Source: an uncultured virus (IMG/VR IMGVR_UViG_3300031867_000012)
Taxonomy: Duplodnaviria; Heunggongvirae; Uroviricota; Caudoviricetes
Strand: one strand, 5' to 3'
IMG/VR virus record: IMGVR_UViG_3300031867_000012
Length of the DNA: 20,000 bases
Below the pieces are notes generated by a model, which was given only the letters and a program-made list of their open reading frames with translations, was not told where the DNA came from and made no database searches. Below are positions 15,878-20,000 of this stretch, piece after piece. Both the position numbers and the translations under genes were made by a program. Each line of letters begins with the position of its first letter. Within the stretch, counting starts at the first letter, position 1.

Positions 15878-16060
15878 ATCTCTTAATTCTAACCAATTGA
15901 ATAATGCTTGTGCACCGGCACTAATCAATGTTTATGGTCCTACTTAAATTGAATAATGTTGCCAGCACATGGTCATTATCCTAATTTGTTTCAGCTTGAT
16001 GAGATCCTTGGTTTAATTGGTAACGATAACTTCCAATCATCAAGTCATTGAATAAGAGAT
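15878..16060 (-). ncRNA. unidentified ~183-nt structured RNA
   Basis: Terminal stem ATCTCTTA/TAAGAGAT; internal stems CTTGATGA/TCATCAAG and TGTGCTGGCA/TGCCGGTGCA; no ORF in the track. Confidence 0.55.
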
Positions 16061-16171
16061 CAATTTGCATAGTTATTTTTGTTTTACTAAGTGACGTACG
16101 ATCTTAATAAAATCTAAATGTAACACTACATTTACGGATCAAACTATTGCATAAACTACGTATCGTATTTG

Positions 16172-16244
16172 TGGGGCCACCCAGATTCGAACTGGGGTGA
16201 TGACCTTGTAAGGGTCACATACTCAACCACTATATGATGTCCCC
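16172..16244 (-). tRNA. tRNA-Val(TAC)
   Basis: GGGGACA/TGGCCCC acceptor (one mismatch), TGACC-CT TAC AA-GGTCA, canonical T arm. Confidence 0.85.
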
Positions 16245-16255
16245 AAATAATTATG

Positions 16256-16336
16256 TGCCCCATGTGGGACTCGAACCCACACCCAATTAAGGATAGCTTC
16301 TAAGGCTACTGACTATACCAGTTCGTCTAACGGGGC
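16256..16336 (-). tRNA. tRNA-Leu(TAG)
   Basis: GCCCCGT/ATGGGGC acceptor, GTAGC-CT TAG AA-GCTAT, variable arm, A73. Confidence 0.9.
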
Positions 16337-16342
16337 AAATTG

Positions 16343-16411
16343 TCAGGGATGATTGAGTTAAACAACCGTCTCATAGTAAAATCCATGGCTCTATCGTTGA
16401 GCTAATCCCTG
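16343..16411 (-). tRNA. degenerate tRNA-like gene (anticodon undetermined)
   Basis: All four stems pair (CAGGGAT/ATCCCTG, GCTC/GAGC, CATGG/CTATG, GGTTG/CAATC), but the D-loop lacks GG, the T-loop is TTTAACT and the anticodon loop has 6 nt. Confidence 0.55.
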
Positions 16412-16581
16412 AATACACATGGCTCTTTCGGAGTTTTTGGGCTTCTAATCCTTCAAGTTGCTCCTCAAACTAAAGGTATCACAGACCATGTACTTATGAT
16501 ACGAGACTTACGATTCTCCCTAAACCCGTAGCCTTAGGCTCTTTCGATTTGTAAACATGTATACCTATTTACAACTATAGG

Positions 16582-16670
16582 CGGAGAGCAGAGGAATCGA
16601 ACCTCATCCGGTTATTAGCCGAACGCATTGCTTAGCAGGCAACCGCTATCACCGTCAAGCGTTACTCTCC
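16582..16670 (-). tRNA. tRNA-Ser(GCT)
   Basis: GGAGAGT/GCTCTCC acceptor, GTTGC-CT GCT AA-GCAAT, long variable arm, G73. Confidence 0.88.
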
Positions 16671-16674
16671 AAAT

Positions 16675-17049
16675 TTATGATAAATTACTAAACCATTTGC
16701 ATATATCATTAAAAGCATCATTAACAGAAGAATAATAAACAATAATATCATCTAATTTAAAATAATAAAATGTTTCTCCAGCACCTTGATTACTTTCTTC
16801 TATTTCAGCAGTATCAAAAATTTCTTTAGGTATGATTTTTTTATAATAATCTAATTCATCTGTATCATCAGACATAACACAAAAATGGAATTTATGATCA
16901 TTTTTAATATTTTCAAATTCTCCATATTGTCTTCCGAATTTTTGATATAATTTTTTAGCTAATTCATTAATTTCTTCTTTACTAAAACCTATTTTAGTAT
17001 TCTTATTTATGGTAAGTTTTTCATTTATAAAACAATTTAATTCTTTCAT
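16675..17049 (-). CDS. hypothetical protein with capsid-targeting-like N-terminus
   Basis: 124 aa beginning MKELNCFINE. Confidence 0.75.
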   Translation of the reverse strand: MKELNCFINEKLTINKNTKIGFSKEEINELAKKLYQKFGRQYGEFENIKNDHKFHFCVMSDDTDELDYYKKIIPKEIFDTAEIEESNQGAGETFYYFKLDDIIVYYSSVNDAFNDICKWFSNLS

Positions 17050-17061
17050 TATTTAATTATT

Positions 17062-17730
17062 CTATTTCTTTGTTATTGCTTCTGCTGGAATATTTGAATA
17101 TATAAATACTGATTCTTTTTCTTCCATATAATCATCTGTATAGAAATCAATATTATTTAATTTATCTTTATCTATTTCAAATATAGTAACACCATATTCA
17201 TCTATATCAAATTCATTAAGAATTTTCTTAATGAATTTTTCAATATTTTTATCATCATTAATATTCTTAGGTGTTATATTCTTATCTGTTGAATATAAAT
17301 AAACTCTTTTAGGGAAATATCTATATTCACCATTCTTAGATCTTAAACCATTATTCAATATAGATTCCTCATTATTACCAGTTGTAAAATGGTAAAGATG
17401 TTTAGTTTTATTTACTTGTTCAGTTACCTTTTCTGAATATAATGGACTAACAACAAGTGAATCATAGAATTCTTTTGTTATATAGTAATTATAGAATTGC
17501 AATAAACTAATGAATTTCTCATCATTCTTGATTTTATTCATATCAGAATAATTATCTAATTCAATTAAGAATGATTTATTATCATATCTATTCTTTAATG
17601 ATTTCTTTTCTAATGTTGAATAAAAATCAAATCTATAATTTGGAAAATATTCTTTTATCTTTTTTTGTAGTTTATTTGCATCATGTGTTTTAAGATTTTC
17701 ATTAACTACAAATGATTCTAATTTAATCAT
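17062..17730 (-). CDS. protein with a C-terminal Tpt1/KptA-like (ADP-ribosyltransferase fold) NAD-binding domain
   Basis: LYHFT...SILNNGL...RVYLYS...IFEID...FY...VFI...IPAEAI parallels the Tpt1 C-terminal lobe pattern. Confidence 0.6.
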   Translation of the reverse strand: MIKLESFVVNENLKTHDANKLQKKIKEYFPNYRFDFYSTLEKKSLKNRYDNKSFLIELDNYSDMNKIKNDEKFISLLQFYNYYITKEFYDSLVVSPLYSEKVTEQVNKTKHLYHFTTGNNEESILNNGLRSKNGEYRYFPKRVYLYSTDKNITPKNINDDKNIEKFIKKILNEFDIDEYGVTIFEIDKDKLNNIDFYTDDYMEEKESVFIYSNIPAEAITKK

Positions 17731-17755
17731 AAAAGGATATATTTAAATATATTTG

Positions 17756-17862
17756 TGGTGATATATTGGATTCGAACCAACGTGGGATATCTTAGTTTCC
17801 TTAGATCCGAAAAAACTTAGTACTGTGTCTAGCCTCTGTACAATTGCCTTAATATACTCCCA
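17756..17862 (-). ncRNA. atypical tRNA-like RNA with a T arm and terminal CCA
   Basis: GTTGG-TTCGAAT-CCAAT T arm followed by ATATCACCA; 5' TGGGAGTAT partly complementary; internal hairpins; no standard cloverleaf. Confidence 0.45.
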
Positions 17863-17868
17863 TGATAA

Positions 17869-18933
17869 TTATTTAATAAATTCTTTATTTATGAAATCAA
17901 ATAATTTTTCAAAATGTAATTTATTTTCTTTGTTAACATAAATTAATGTGTTTTGTGGTGTTCTATTTATTTCAATAATTAAATTTCTACCATTTTTACA
18001 ATGCATTAAATCAACCCCACACCATATCATTCCTGTAGCTTTAGCCGCTTTTAATGCTAATTCTTTTTGTTCGGGCGTTAATTCTATTTGGGATAAAGTT
18101 GCTCCTAAATGGGCATTACATCTAAAATCACCAGATATTTTATTTCTTTGAATACATATAAGTATTTCTTGATTATCATTATGAGTTAAAACTTCTATTC
18201 TAATATCTGCTTCACATTCTTCCTTTTCTTGTATAATAAATTTTTGATCTGGTTTTAATTTAAAACATGTTTGCATTATAGAATATATTTCTTCACCATT
18301 ACACATAAATACCCCTATACCACATGAACCATCTGGAATTTTAACAACAAATTCATAATTATCTTTATTATTTGGAGTTATGTCTTTATAAATATCTTTT
18401 AATTTTTTAAAAAATGTTTCTTTATCTTTAATATCTGATTTGGTTATTATACAAAATGCTGGCTGATCAACATCATTTTTCTTTAATAATTCTGCAGTTT
18501 CACATTTATCAAATTTTCCTTCATCAGGTTTATTTATACATAAATAACCAATATCACTGATCTTTTTAGTAATTTCATTATTAGATTTATCAATTGATCT
18601 TATTAATACTAAACTTTCTTTTGATAAATTTTTATTAAATGTATGAGTTTTTCCATTAATATCGGTTATTTCTGCTGATGTTTGATTTATTTTATATTTT
18701 AGGTTTTTAAAAGGAAATAAAACAACATCAATGTTTTTATATTGTTTAATAGCATTTAATTGAAACTTTTCCGGTTCTTCACCACCAAACATATATACTG
18801 TTTTAAACCAATAATCTTTATTATTTGATTTATCTTTATTTTTTATATCTATAACACTATCAACTTTTGTATTAAATTTTTTGTCATTATAAAGTGATGG
18901 ATATTCTTTTAAGAGACTAGAAAATTTTTTCAT
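17869..18933 (-). CDS. RimK-like ATP-grasp ligase
   Basis: DK......L....V.QP, VVKIPDGSCGIGV, IIQE, DIRI, R...GDFRCNAHLGA, GVDL, IIEINRTP. Confidence 0.85.
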   Translation of the reverse strand: MKKFSSLLKEYPSLYNDKKFNTKVDSVIDIKNKDKSNNKDYWFKTVYMFGGEEPEKFQLNAIKQYKNIDVVLFPFKNLKYKINQTSAEITDINGKTHTFNKNLSKESLVLIRSIDKSNNEITKKISDIGYLCINKPDEGKFDKCETAELLKKNDVDQPAFCIITKSDIKDKETFFKKLKDIYKDITPNNKDNYEFVVKIPDGSCGIGVFMCNGEEIYSIMQTCFKLKPDQKFIIQEKEECEADIRIEVLTHNDNQEILICIQRNKISGDFRCNAHLGATLSQIELTPEQKELALKAAKATGMIWCGVDLMHCKNGRNLIIEINRTPQNTLIYVNKENKLHFEKLFDFINKEFIK

Positions 18934-18934
18934 T

Positions 18935-20000
18935 TTAAAGATCTTCTTTATTTATTTGTATGCCTTTTTTATTATTTAGTTCATAACTAATAGAAGGATC
19001 TACTACTATGCCCATTTTGTTCATTGTTTCTCTATTTATTAAAATTTCAGTAGATTTAGTTCTATTATCAACTAATGCAAATTCAACATCTTTTAAATGT
19101 CTACTTCCAATAATTATTTCAGGAATTATAATTGTTTGTCTTGTTTCATGTGATTGACCAACAATTGCATTAATTTGACCATGTCTATCAAAAACATATG
19201 TTTTATTTTTAATTTTCGCTTTAATTTTATTATTAGAAATATTTACTTCATCACATCCAATTGTTGATGCATATGTTCCATTTCCTGTATCAAATTTAGC
19301 AGTAAAATCGATAAATTCGTTCTTTAATTTTATTTTAATATTTTGTTCATATCCTATAGGGTATTTTATTAAAGGCAAATTATTAATATCATTTATGTTA
19401 TCTAATATTTCATCAAATAAATTGAATCCTAAAACTTTAGAAGCATCTTCAGTACCAGGAGATGCATTATATTCAATAATTACATTTGAATAATTATCAA
19501 TATTATTTTTTACTGGCATTAAATCAATAGCACACCAAGTTAATCCTGATATTTTAGCAACTTTTAGTGCTAATTCTTTTTGTTCAGTGTTTAAATTATA
19601 TTTTATATTTTCTCCTTTTTGATTACTTCTAAAATCATTATTTCTTTTCTTTCTTAATATTGCTCCTAATATAACTTGATGATTATTTAAAGTTATAATA
19701 TGAACTCTTATATCTCCTTCATTTTCTTCTTTACGTTGAACTAAAACTTTATTATTTTCATCTAAAGCAAATATAGTTTGAAGTTCAGATAATATATTTG
19801 TACCATTTGTAATTGTTACTCCTATACCACCACTTCCACTTAATAATTTAATAACATATTCATATTCTTTATCTTTTTTTGGATTTTTACCTGCATCTGG
19901 ATAAATATTTCTAAGTTTAGAATATAATTGTTTATTATTATCTTCTTTATGATCTTTTATATCATTATATTCTATTAAACAAAATCTTGGTTGTGGTAAA
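18935..20000 (-). CDS. RimK-like ATP-grasp ligase fused to a C-terminal retropepsin-like (RimB-like) protease domain; 5' end outside window
   Basis: The frame of ORF 18935..19519 is open to the window edge: LPQP...VIKLLSGSGGIGV...VQR...DIRV...DFRSN...WCAIDLMP...IEYNASPG, then AKFDTGNG...E.R...ILINR...VVDPS. Confidence 0.85.
   Translation of the reverse strand, partial: LPQPRFCLIEYNDIKDHKEDNNKQLYSKLRNIYPDAGKNPKKDKEYEYVIKLLSGSGGIGVTITNGTNILSELQTIFALDENNKVLVQRKEENEGDIRVHIITLNNHQVILGAILRKKRNNDFRSNQKGENIKYNLNTEQKELALKVAKISGLTWCAIDLMPVKNNIDNYSNVIIEYNASPGTEDASKVLGFNLFDEILDNINDINNLPLIKYPIGYEQNIKIKLKNEFIDFTAKFDTGNGTYASTIGCDEVNISNNKIKAKIKNKTYVFDRHGQINAIVGQSHETRQTIIIPEIIIGSRHLKDVEFALVDNRTKSTEILINRETMNKMGIVVDPSISYELNNKKGIQINKEDL

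Noticed and set aside
16415..16495. TPP riboswitch or hammerhead ribozyme
   Set aside because: CTGTGATACC and CGAAA only loosely resemble the consensus cores, and the helices do not fit.
17053..17064. Amber (TAG) recoding as in Lak and some crAss-like phages
   Set aside because: Genes are intact under the standard code and none appears split by TAG. The single TAG stop (17062) is followed three codons later by TAA, which is uninformative. Recoding elsewhere in the genome is not excluded.
2916..18151. Other short overlapping ORFs (plus strand 2916, 4821, 6745, 7081, 8667, 9679, 9885, 13897, 17948; minus strand 10969)
   Set aside because: They overlap better-supported minus-strand genes (7081 partly) and have shadow-like composition.
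18935..19519. Stand-alone 194-aa protease gene
   Set aside because: The frame is open upstream to the window edge and its first residues complete an ATP-grasp domain, so it is the tail of a fusion protein.

Overview
Very AT-rich, gene-dense segment that looks like a large (jumbo/mega) bacteriophage genome, almost entirely coded on the minus strand. Left to right: an NAD-dependent DNA ligase (cut by the window edge), an RNase H-like YkuK protein, a P-loop kinase, an AEP-motif protein, an Rnl2-type RNA ligase, a run of small hypothetical genes (including a HAD RNA-repair-like phosphatase and a GNAT), two tRNA clusters separated by a 5'(3')-nucleotidase and a Zn-finger/Vsr-like putative homing endonuclease, a Tpt1/ART-like protein, and two RimK-like ATP-grasp genes (one fused to a retropepsin-like domain, cut by the window edge). 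A conserved promoter-like motif (ATTGAATTTTT-N11-CTATATT, minus strand) recurs about 8 times. Most striking: one short structured RNA element (TAGTCA-stem-TWCWTCGA ... stem-TTCY) occurs three times around the tRNAs in two circular permutations. It is a D-loop insertion in one tRNA, it is split around a circularly permuted tRNA, and it is split around a 41-nt AU-rich segment 5' of tRNA-Pro. This suggests an undescribed tRNA intron / RNA-circularisation system. All product calls come from motif recognition by eye; no database search was run.
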